41,933 nt of DNA from Melioribacter sp. (GTDB lineage Bacteria; Bacteroidota; Ignavibacteria; Ignavibacteriales; Melioribacteraceae): positions 1 to 41,933 of the forward strand of contig JAGXSM010000094.1 in the NCBI GenBank assembly GCA_018333725.1, written 5' to 3'. The position numbers and the translations under genes are program-made. The notes beneath the pieces are model-generated. The model searched no databases. It worked only from the letters and a program-made list of their open reading frames with translations, and was not told the DNA's origin. Within the stretch, counting starts at the first letter, position 1, and the number at the start of each line of letters is the position of its first letter. Shown one piece after another: positions 34,556 through 41,933 of the stretch.

Positions 34556-35188
34556 ATGCAATTAATTGAAATAATCGGTTATTCTGCTTCGGTTCTTATT
34601 GCAATCTCATTAATGATGAGTTCAATAGTTAAGCTGAGGATAATAAATTTTTTTGGTGCGTCAATTTTTTCAACATACGGATTTATAATCGGCGCTTACC
34701 CGGTTGGTATATTAAACGGATTTATTACGCTTGTCGATATCTATTACCTCTCGGAAATTTTTTTCAAGAAAGAAAATGAATACTTCCGGGTTCTTGAAGT
34801 AAAAACCAATTCGGAATATTTGAATTATTTCCTTCAATATTACGAACACGATATAAAAAAGTTTATACCCTCCTTCTCATTTATGCCGTGCGAAAGTTGC
34901 CATGTTATGTTTGTATTAAGAAATACCATTCCGGCCGGATTAGTTATCTCCGAATATTCCGATGATGATTCAATTCATGTACGGCTCGATTATGCAATTC
35001 CTGGTTACCGCGATTTTAAGATGGGAAAATATGTCTTCAACGAAATTTTCAAACACAAAAAGGTAAAAAATATCTACAGTGATCCCGGAAACGAAAAACA
35101 TGAATCATATCTTCGTAAAATGGGATTTGAAAAAAGAGAATTAAACGGCAAGCCGATTTATAAATTAAAGGTGAATTCCGTTGGATAA
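34556..35188 (+). CDS. membrane protein: YgjV-like N-terminal TM region fused to a GNAT-like C-terminal region (putative)
   Basis: 210-aa ORF with about three N-terminal hydrophobic helices. The C-terminal region reads LDYAIPGYRDFKMGKYVF...HESYLRKMGFE, which resembles the end of an acetyltransferase fold. Confidence 0.5.
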   Translation: MQLIEIIGYSASVLIAISLMMSSIVKLRIINFFGASIFSTYGFIIGAYPVGILNGFITLVDIYYLSEIFFKKENEYFRVLEVKTNSEYLNYFLQYYEHDIKKFIPSFSFMPCESCHVMFVLRNTIPAGLVISEYSDDDSIHVRLDYAIPGYRDFKMGKYVFNEIFKHKKVKNIYSDPGNEKHESYLRKMGFEKRELNGKPIYKLKVNSVG

Positions 35189-35924
35189 AATTATTTTTGA
35201 AGCTTGTGTAGATTCGGTTGATTCTGCAATTCTTGCAGAGAAAGCCGGAGCCGATAGAATTGAACTTTGTTCGGATTTAGATTTGGGCGAGTTAACACCG
35301 AGTTATGGATTGATTAATATCGTTTTAGAACGATTGACAATTCCTGTAAACGTTTTAATTCGTCCCCGTGTTGGTGATTTTATTTACTCCAAAGAAGAGT
35401 TCGAAGTAATGAAGCGGGATATATTATTCTGCAGAGATTCTAATGTTAACGGAATTGTAACCGGCATCTTAAATATCGACGGAACAATAGACAAAGACCG
35501 CACGTTCGAGTTAATAGATATAGCGCGTCCCATGAGTTTTACTTACCATAGAGCGTTTGATTTTACAAGAGATCCTTACGAAGCGCTCGATACATTAATG
35601 GATCTGGGTGCCGATAGAATTCTTACAAGCGGTCTTGAAAAAACTGCTCTTTCTGGAATTGAAGTGATTAAAAAATTAGTTGACCGGGCAAAGAACAGAA
35701 TAATTATTATTCCGGGAGGTGGTGTTAACGAAAATAATGCTGCAGAGATTTTAACTAAGTCCGGTGCTAAGGAGATTCATGCATCAGCAAGAGAAACTAT
35801 ACAAAGCAATATGACATATAAAAATTTTAACATTACTTTGCACGATGCCGGAAGTAAGGATGAGTTTGGATATAAAATTCTTTCGGTTACTAAAGTCCGC
35901 AAGATTATTGACGCTATAAGATAA
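35181..35924 (+). CDS. cutC: copper homeostasis protein CutC
   Basis: 247-aa ORF with FEACVDSVDSAILAEKAGADRIELCSDL..G.LTPS and IIPGGGV. The TTG start overlaps the upstream stop by 8 nt. Confidence 0.85.
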   Translation: MDKIIFEACVDSVDSAILAEKAGADRIELCSDLDLGELTPSYGLINIVLERLTIPVNVLIRPRVGDFIYSKEEFEVMKRDILFCRDSNVNGIVTGILNIDGTIDKDRTFELIDIARPMSFTYHRAFDFTRDPYEALDTLMDLGADRILTSGLEKTALSGIEVIKKLVDRAKNRIIIIPGGGVNENNAAEILTKSGAKEIHASARETIQSNMTYKNFNITLHDAGSKDEFGYKILSVTKVRKIIDAIR

Positions 35925-35930
35925 TAAACT

Positions 35931-36590
35931 ATGTCAATCTCTCTCGATATTTTATACGAAGACGGTAACATTGTTGCCGTTAATAAACCGGTGGGAACCG
36001 CATCAATTTCCGAAAATGATTTGCATCTTCAGACAATTCACTCTCTGCTTCAGGAAAAATATCAGCAAAAAATTTTTATTGTCCATAGAATTGACAAAGA
36101 GGTTAGCGGAATTATCCTGTTTGCAAAGAATTCGGGTACACATAAATATTTAAACAATCTTTTTGCGAATCGTTCAATAAAAAAAAATTACACCGCTCTT
36201 GTTTACGGAGTAATTGAAAATGAAAGCGGAAGAATTGATAAACCGATCCGCGAATTTGGCTCGGGAAGAATGGGTATTGATGAAACTAAAGGAAAAAGAA
36301 GTATAACTGATTTTAAGGTGATTAAAAGATATAAAGAATTTACTCTGCTGGATGTTTCTATTATAACCGGAAGAAGGCATCAGATTCGAGTCCACTTATA
36401 TTCAATGGGGCATCCGGTTGTTGAAGATTTGCGCTATGTCGATTTTAAGATACAGAACCAGTTTCCGCGCTTAATGTTGCATGCAAGTAGAATTGAATTT
36501 CCTTTACAAAATGGAACACTAAAGATTATAGAGTCACCGCTTCCTGAAAATTTTTCAAAGTTTGTAGATGTATTAAACCAACCTTCTTAA
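35931..36590 (+). CDS. RluA-family pseudouridine synthase
   Basis: 219-aa ORF with HRIDKEVSGIILFAK (catalytic Asp motif) and GRRHQIRVHL. Confidence 0.85.
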   Translation: MSISLDILYEDGNIVAVNKPVGTASISENDLHLQTIHSLLQEKYQQKIFIVHRIDKEVSGIILFAKNSGTHKYLNNLFANRSIKKNYTALVYGVIENESGRIDKPIREFGSGRMGIDETKGKRSITDFKVIKRYKEFTLLDVSIITGRRHQIRVHLYSMGHPVVEDLRYVDFKIQNQFPRLMLHASRIEFPLQNGTLKIIESPLPENFSKFVDVLNQPS

Positions 36591-36603
36591 TTATTCTTGT
36601 TTA

Positions 36604-37278
36604 TTATTTAAAAAACTGTTCGGGAGTTAATGCACCTTTTGTTACTCTAATTAACTTAATTTCCCCTTTGAAGTAAGACCTTTTGTTCATCCTCATTCCA
36701 ATTGAAACATTTCCGCCAGTAACCGGAAGGTATTTAACTTTCCCCCGCATTTCTTCAATACCGTTAACGTAATGAATCATCATTCCGTTTTCATATACCA
36801 ATGCAGCGTGATACCATTTATTTAACTGATGTGTAAATTTTTCCGCATAGAGTGTATGCGCCATAGTGTCTGCGTTTATATGAGTATCGAGAAACCATTT
36901 ACCGTCATTCGCAAGACGTAATTCAATCAACATTCTTCTGGGTTCATAATCCGGGTTTTGAATATGAAGAAATCTCTGTTCCTTGTTTGCCGGATTAGAA
37001 GAGGTATCCGGTTTAAAAATTATTTCCACAGTAAATGTTGTAGCACCCGCAAGCGGATCGGCATGAACAATTATTCCATCATCTATTCCATCAAATTTAA
37101 CAGCCGTTGATTCACCATCAAAAATAATTTCAGGATTTCCAAAAACCGCAATACTATTTCCACATATTTTATCAAGACTGTCCAGGCGCCATACAACAGA
37201 CTCTGTTTTATTCTGCGCAAATACTATGGCGGCAAACTGATAGAAAAAGAAGAAACACCCAAGAATGTAATTATTCAT
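36604..37278 (-). CDS. LamG/concanavalin-A-like lectin domain protein, secreted
   Basis: 224-aa ORF with a signal peptide. It shows the Laminin_G_3-like pattern FTVEIIFKPD...RFLHIQN...WYHAALVYENG..HYVNG. Confidence 0.65.
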   Translation of the reverse strand: MNNYILGCFFFFYQFAAIVFAQNKTESVVWRLDSLDKICGNSIAVFGNPEIIFDGESTAVKFDGIDDGIIVHADPLAGATTFTVEIIFKPDTSSNPANKEQRFLHIQNPDYEPRRMLIELRLANDGKWFLDTHINADTMAHTLYAEKFTHQLNKWYHAALVYENGMMIHYVNGIEEMRGKVKYLPVTGGNVSIGMRMNKRSYFKGEIKLIRVTKGALTPEQFFK

Positions 37279-37326
37279 AAACTCTTACAATAAATATTAT
37301 ATGTATGCACGATTTATAGAATTGAT

Positions 37327-38247
37327 TCATTCCTCATCTTCTGCCGGAGCTTCAAAGGGCACAATTACTTCAAGTGCTTTGTGTAAACATTCTATTTCAA
37401 TCGGCGTGCTTCCAAGTAATTGTCCATCCGGGGTTAATAGTTTTTGGGGTTTAGTTTCTATTTTTATTTTCTTTGCTTTGAAGCATTCTACTTCTTTCAT
37501 TTTTATATGATCACCGGTAAATATTTTGGGAAGGCATTGAAGCAATCGTGTTCGTGAAAGTTTGTTTAACAGAGTAACATCGAGCAAACCGTCATCAATA
37601 GAAGCTGAAGGAGCCATCAGTAAATCTTTACCCGTATAACGCGAATTGGAAACTTCAACAAATACATTTTCTCTATGCAATACTTCCCCGTCAATTTCTA
37701 TTTTAAGTGAAAATGGTTTTAATGAAATTGTGTGGTGAAGAACTCCCAATATATAAGAGAGATGTCCGAACGCTTTTAGTTTGAACGCTGTTCGCGCTAC
37801 ATCTGTAACGAACCCCAATCCGAGAATATTTACAAAATGAAATTGTTCTCCGTTCATTTTGCAGAGTGCCACGTCAACTTTTTTCTTTTTATTAAAGGCA
37901 ACATTATCGATTGCGTCCCTCCAGTATTTAGATTCAAAATCGAGATCGCGTGCAAATGCATTTCCTCTTCCAACAGGAATAGCAGCAAGTGTAATTCTCT
38001 TAGTGGATTGATTTGCAAAGTATCCATTTACTGCTTCGAATAAAGATCCATCACCACCCGAAACCGCAAGTGTTTCATAATCATGGAAATTGAGGTTCTT
38101 AACAATCTCGGTTCCGTGTCCAGCATATTCTGTTTGAGCAGCTTCAACTTCGAGATCGTTTTCTTCAAGATTTTTGTTGATTGTATGAAATACCTTAGCG
38201 CCGTTTCCATTTCCGGCGGCGGGATTGTTGAGGTGAAATACTTTCAT
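37327..38247 (-). CDS. diacylglycerol-kinase-family lipid kinase (YegS/BmrU-like)
   Basis: It has NNPAAGNG and GGDGSLFEAVNG motifs. The ATG at 38247 is preceded by AGGAG (38251-38255 on the minus strand). The track start at 38259 is a GTG inside that ribosome-binding site. Confidence 0.8.
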   Translation of the reverse strand: MKVFHLNNPAAGNGNGAKVFHTINKNLEENDLEVEAAQTEYAGHGTEIVKNLNFHDYETLAVSGGDGSLFEAVNGYFANQSTKRITLAAIPVGRGNAFARDLDFESKYWRDAIDNVAFNKKKKVDVALCKMNGEQFHFVNILGLGFVTDVARTAFKLKAFGHLSYILGVLHHTISLKPFSLKIEIDGEVLHRENVFVEVSNSRYTGKDLLMAPSASIDDGLLDVTLLNKLSRTRLLQCLPKIFTGDHIKMKEVECFKAKKIKIETKPQKLLTPDGQLLGSTPIEIECLHKALEVIVPFEAPAEDEE

Positions 38248-38343
38248 ATACTCCTGCACTTTTCTTGTAGAACAACTTAACCCGCAGCATTTATATATGC
38301 AATAAAATTTTGCACTCTTAAATCAAGGTGTGTTCCGGAATAG

Positions 38344-38868
38344 TTAATTAGTAAGAAACTCAATTATAGCTCTGCTAAAATCCGGAAGGTCATCGGGGCG
38401 TCTGCTTGAGATCATGTTTCTATCAACTACTACAGATTCATCAACCCAGGTAGCGCCGGCGTTTTCAATATCGTCTTTAATTCCGGGAGTTGATGTACAT
38501 CGATAACCTTTCATAATTTTAGCAGAGATGGTTATCCATCCGCCATGGCAGATGTGTGCAACGAGTTTTCCGGCATCGTTAAATTGTTTTGTGAGCTGAA
38601 GTACCTTGGGGTCGCGCCTCAACTTATCCGGTGCAAATCCTCCTGGTATTACAAGTCCATCAAAATCCTTTTCCTCTACGTCATTGTATGAGGCATCTGA
38701 CTTACATGGATACCCGTTTTTACCATCATATATTTTGTTTGCCTCGGGTCCGGCAACAACAACCGTTGCACCTTCTTCAATAAGCCGGAGTTTTGGATAC
38801 CAGAGTTCGAGATCTTCGTAAATATGATCGATAAACATTAAAATTTTTTTACCGTGTAATTTTTTCAT
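38344..38868 (-). CDS. DJ-1/PfpI-family protein (PfpI-like intracellular protease/deglycase)
   Basis: The ATG at 38868 gives MKKLHGKKILMF. The nucleophile elbow is VAHICHGG, and VIPGGFAP is also present. Confidence 0.85.
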   Translation of the reverse strand: MKKLHGKKILMFIDHIYEDLELWYPKLRLIEEGATVVVAGPEANKIYDGKNGYPCKSDASYNDVEEKDFDGLVIPGGFAPDKLRRDPKVLQLTKQFNDAGKLVAHICHGGWITISAKIMKGYRCTSTPGIKDDIENAGATWVDESVVVDRNMISSRRPDDLPDFSRAIIEFLTN

Positions 38869-38935
38869 AATCCATTTCCTTTTTACACACATGTAAGGTT
38901 GAGGTGTGCTTCAACCTTATACATAATGATATAAA

Positions 38936-40402
38936 TTATTCTGCATAATGCATTATTACTTTTGCAATGTGTTCCTCACAAACTTTGCAGAACGGTTTGG
39001 CTCCTTTAGTGAACATAATACAATCGAGCATTGAACGGTACATTCCCTTTGCGTTATAACCAGCTCCTTCAAACGCTCCAACTTTTCCAACAAACTTAGA
39101 TGACTTCAAATAATTATCAACTTCCTCGCTTCTTGCTTTATCTTTTTTATCATATTCATTCTGAGCCGCTGCAATTTTTTCTTCCGGCTCTCTGTTACGT
39201 TTTAATTCTGCAATATTTTTATTCATTTCTCTGCGGATCTTTTGCCATGCATAATCTGCTTTATCGTACTCCTCTTTTTCCCATGGAGTTGGAATATCAA
39301 TCCCGGGTGAAACAAAGTTTTTCCATTTCAAATTATTCTTATCATACAACCTTGTTATATTCGGTTCAACCGGTTCTATCCCCTCCGGATACATATCGTT
39401 GTAAGCCGTCTCCGACGTGTAATATTCATCTGCAAGTCCTGCAAACGAATGACCAAACTCGTGCAGGAAAAGGTAATCGCAAAATTGATTATCGGCAACA
39501 AATGTGCAGTAGGTATTATACAATCCTCCGCCTCCGTAACGTGCACCGTTAACCATAATATAGATAGCATCATACGGAACATTTGATGCGAGGTTACGCA
39601 ATGTTTTGTTATCCTCTGTTAAAATATATCTTTCCGAGCCCATTGAATAATACGTAGTGTTTAACACAGTGCTCTTATAAACGTTTGCGCCCGGTTCATC
39701 AATTCCACTATCTGCAGAAGCTTTAAATACTCCGCGGATATTAAACTTATCTTTATATTTTTTAAATGGTTCCTGATTGAGAAGAACATTTGTAAATCTT
39801 TTTAAGTCGCGGTCAAATTTTTTGTATTCACCCGCAGTGTATCCATCTCCTATTATTACAATATCAACTTTACTGTGCGGCGCACCCAACTTATAACTTT
39901 CTATAACGGTTACCGATTTATCCTTAACCGGATCTTTAATTATATACAAATCGGAAGGGTCTATTTCCGTTGAGAAAACTTCGTTAAGAATGTTATTTCT
40001 ATCCCGTTTTTCTAAAACAAATTTTATTTTGTTTTTTGGATAAGGAATAATTGCGCTTTCATGAAATGTTCTCTTAATTCCTTTAGAAGCTTCATCGGTG
40101 GTTTGATATTCCTTAAAATAGCTGTCGAATCCTTTTGAATAAATTAGCTTGCCGGTCGCCAGATCATAAATTTTGTGATAGTATGCGCCGTTGTTAAAAT
40201 TATCGATTAGGTTTTTTGTGCTTCCAGCCCACGTTCCGTATTGATAAACAAAATCAATTGTAACAATTTCAGTAACTGCGTCACCAATATGGAAATAATC
40301 AATTCGCATCGTTTGATCATTAAAATAATCATTAAAACCAACAGGTTGCGCATTCAATAGAAATGGAAAGATTACCATGAATAATATTCTAACGGTTTTC
40401 AT
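38936..40402 (-). CDS. M64-family (IgA-peptidase-like) zinc metallopeptidase, secreted
   Basis: 488-aa ORF with a signal peptide. It has HEXXH in HEFGHSFAGLADEY and the M64-typical block VNGARYGGGG. Confidence 0.85.
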   Translation of the reverse strand: MKTVRILFMVIFPFLLNAQPVGFNDYFNDQTMRIDYFHIGDAVTEIVTIDFVYQYGTWAGSTKNLIDNFNNGAYYHKIYDLATGKLIYSKGFDSYFKEYQTTDEASKGIKRTFHESAIIPYPKNKIKFVLEKRDRNNILNEVFSTEIDPSDLYIIKDPVKDKSVTVIESYKLGAPHSKVDIVIIGDGYTAGEYKKFDRDLKRFTNVLLNQEPFKKYKDKFNIRGVFKASADSGIDEPGANVYKSTVLNTTYYSMGSERYILTEDNKTLRNLASNVPYDAIYIMVNGARYGGGGLYNTYCTFVADNQFCDYLFLHEFGHSFAGLADEYYTSETAYNDMYPEGIEPVEPNITRLYDKNNLKWKNFVSPGIDIPTPWEKEEYDKADYAWQKIRREMNKNIAELKRNREPEEKIAAAQNEYDKKDKARSEEVDNYLKSSKFVGKVGAFEGAGYNAKGMYRSMLDCIMFTKGAKPFCKVCEEHIAKVIMHYAE

Positions 40403-40526
40403 GTCAATTCCTTATTTGTTGATTTAAAGATAATAAACACGCAAATGATTCTCTTGTTCTTTTATTTTGCCTATGCAAAGAGCCAATTAAATATTTATCT
40501 TCGCCGTGTTAATTAGCAATGTGTAA

Positions 40527-41189
40527 ATGAAAAATTTTGTAAAGACAATAATAATTCTGATAATAATTTCCGGTAATTTTTCCGCCCAGGATAATCGGGG
40601 ATTCATGATTGCCCGTATTAAATACAACGGCGGAGGGGACTGGTATAATGATCCCTCGGCAGAAGTAAATCTATTAAAATTTATTGCACAGAATACAAAC
40701 ATTAAAACAAATCCCAAATATGAGTTTGTCGATTTATCAACCGGAAATATTTTTACTTATCCATTTCTATTTATGACCGGACACGGCAACATTGTTTTTT
40801 CTGATTCAGATGTAAAAAAGTTACGGACTTATCTGGAGAATGGAGGATTTCTTTATGTTGATGATGACTATGGTTTGGATAAAGCTTTCCGGCGTGAAAT
40901 AAAAAAAGTATTTCCGGATAAAGATTTGGTGGAGATTCCATTCAATTACGGACTATATAATTGTATGTTTGATTTCAGGAACGGTCCGCCCAAGACGCAT
41001 GAACATGACAATAATCCGCCTAAAGGTTTTGGAATTTTTGTTGATGGGCGCTTGTGTGTTTATTACACCTTCGAGGCAAATCCAAGCGATGGTTGGGCAG
41101 ACCCCAATGTTCATAAAGATCCTCCGGAAAAAAGAGAGGAAGCATTAAAGTTTGGAACAAACATTGTCGTATGGGCACTAAGTAATTAA
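40527..41189 (+). CDS. DUF4159 domain protein
   Basis: 220-aa ORF with a signal peptide. The block ARIKYNGGGDWYNDPSAEVNLLKFI and the C-terminus FGTNIVVWAL match my memory of DUF4159. Confidence 0.7.
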   Translation: MKNFVKTIIILIIISGNFSAQDNRGFMIARIKYNGGGDWYNDPSAEVNLLKFIAQNTNIKTNPKYEFVDLSTGNIFTYPFLFMTGHGNIVFSDSDVKKLRTYLENGGFLYVDDDYGLDKAFRREIKKVFPDKDLVEIPFNYGLYNCMFDFRNGPPKTHEHDNNPPKGFGIFVDGRLCVYYTFEANPSDGWADPNVHKDPPEKREEALKFGTNIVVWALSN

Positions 41190-41199
41190 AAATCTTTTT

Positions 41200-41933
41200 A
41201 TGATAAACGAATATCTAAACGAAATAAAAAAGAAGCTATCCGGAGTTGAATCCCTTGATAATCGTAGGAACGCTCTTTCAGGGTTATCAATTCTCTTAAT
41301 TATCCTTTCTGCCGGTTTCATTTTTGTTTCTATTCTGGAATCATTATTTGGTTTCAATTCTTTTATTAGAACAATAATATTTTATGCCTTACTATTATCA
41401 ACAGCTATTCTGTTAATCTATTTTGTATTGATCCCTTACGCTAAATCATTCTTTCTTTTTTCGAATCCGGATTTTCATTCCGCTTCAAAAAAGGTAGGAG
41501 ACGCATTTAGTGAAATAAAAGACGAATTACTAAATTCGATTGAACTGCTTTCGGGAAATTACAGTGGATATTCAGCCGAATTAGTTAATGAGGCATTTAA
41601 AAGGGTTTACAAAAAAACAGAGTCGGTTGATTTTAAAAAGTCGATTGATTTCTCGGGAACTAAAAGAAAATTCCGTATCGGATTGGCATCAGCAATAGCT
41701 TCTGTTATCCTAATAATACTGGTGCCCGGTTTTTCTGCATCGGCATTAAGAATAATTAATTATTCCAGAGATTTTACACCACCGCAGAAGTTTTATTTTA
41801 ATGTTATCCCGGGAAACAAAGAGATTACCAAAGGCGAGAGCATAAAAATTACAATAACCGCTAATGGCGAATCTCCATCTAAGATTTCTTTATTAACCAA
41901 ATCGGAAGAGCAAACAGAGTTTAACAAGGTTGC
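41200..41933 (+). CDS. membrane protein, 3'-truncated by the window edge
   Basis: It is not in the ORF track because it has no stop. The ATG at 41200 opens a frame that runs uninterrupted to 41933 (244 codons). Two hydrophobic helices follow the N-terminus, and another lies near LASAIASVILIILVPGF. It starts 10 nt after the DUF4159 gene. Confidence 0.55.
   Translation, partial: MINEYLNEIKKKLSGVESLDNRRNALSGLSILLIILSAGFIFVSILESLFGFNSFIRTIIFYALLLSTAILLIYFVLIPYAKSFFLFSNPDFHSASKKVGDAFSEIKDELLNSIELLSGNYSGYSAELVNEAFKRVYKKTESVDFKKSIDFSGTKRKFRIGLASAIASVILIILVPGFSASALRIINYSRDFTPPQKFYFNVIPGNKEITKGESIKITITANGESPSKISLLTKSEEQTEFNKV

Noticed and set aside
38248-38259. GTG start for the lipid kinase, as given in the track.
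   Set aside because: The ATG at 38247 is preceded by AGGAG at an appropriate distance, and the GTG lies within or upstream of that ribosome-binding site.
40487-40717. 76-aa minus-strand ORF overlapping the DUF4159 start.
   Set aside because: It is antisense to a well-supported CDS and has no signal of its own.
1-41933. I looked for rRNA, tRNA, CRISPR repeats, transposase or integrase genes, toxin-antitoxin pairs and known multi-gene defence systems.
   Set aside because: No T-loop or anticodon-arm-like sequence appears in any intergenic gap. There are no short regularly spaced repeats. No ORF has DDE, tyrosine or serine recombinase signatures or recognisable defence-system domains other than the methyltransferase.

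Overview
This is a 41.9-kb, low-GC bacterial chromosomal segment. The gene content suggests an Ignavibacteria-like member of the FCB group, by inference only. The cues are a giant protein with six lamin-tail-domain (LTD) modules, four separated by CARDB-like spacers, ending in a FlgD-Ig/T9SS-like C-terminal domain, plus an LVIVD lipoprotein, a SusB-like GH97 and many secreted or lipoprotein hydrolases. I can support about 35 CDS (one partial at the right edge), one decayed gene, and a few hairpin or repeat elements. I found no rRNA, tRNA, CRISPR array, transposase or integrase. Most of the window is ordinary, functionally unlinked housekeeping and secretome genes: GH13, GH97, M28, M14, M64, U32, PfpI, serpin, beta-carbonic anhydrase, CutC, RluA and a lipid kinase. 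The only clear accessory DNA is an AT-rich islet at about 13.3-15.5 kb. It carries an intact TaqI-like gamma-class N6-adenine methyltransferase, translationally coupled to a ~253-codon partner gene broken by an in-frame TAG and by a frameshift at an A8 tract. Other items worth follow-up are: (1) a stand-alone CarH-type (W-x9-E-H) cobalamin-binding protein next to a sphingomyelin-synthase-like PAP2_C membrane protein; (2) an M28 aminopeptidase-cyclophilin-FKBP triple fusion; (3) a divergent NMO/FabK-like TIM-barrel protein with a Cys-rich tail, behind a 282-bp orphan leader; (4) a tightly coupled M14 carboxypeptidase / transglutaminase-like / cupin trio; (5) two kinds of intergenic palindromic elements. 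I cannot point with confidence to a clear-cut multi-gene novel system, so the candidates are ranked by interest below.
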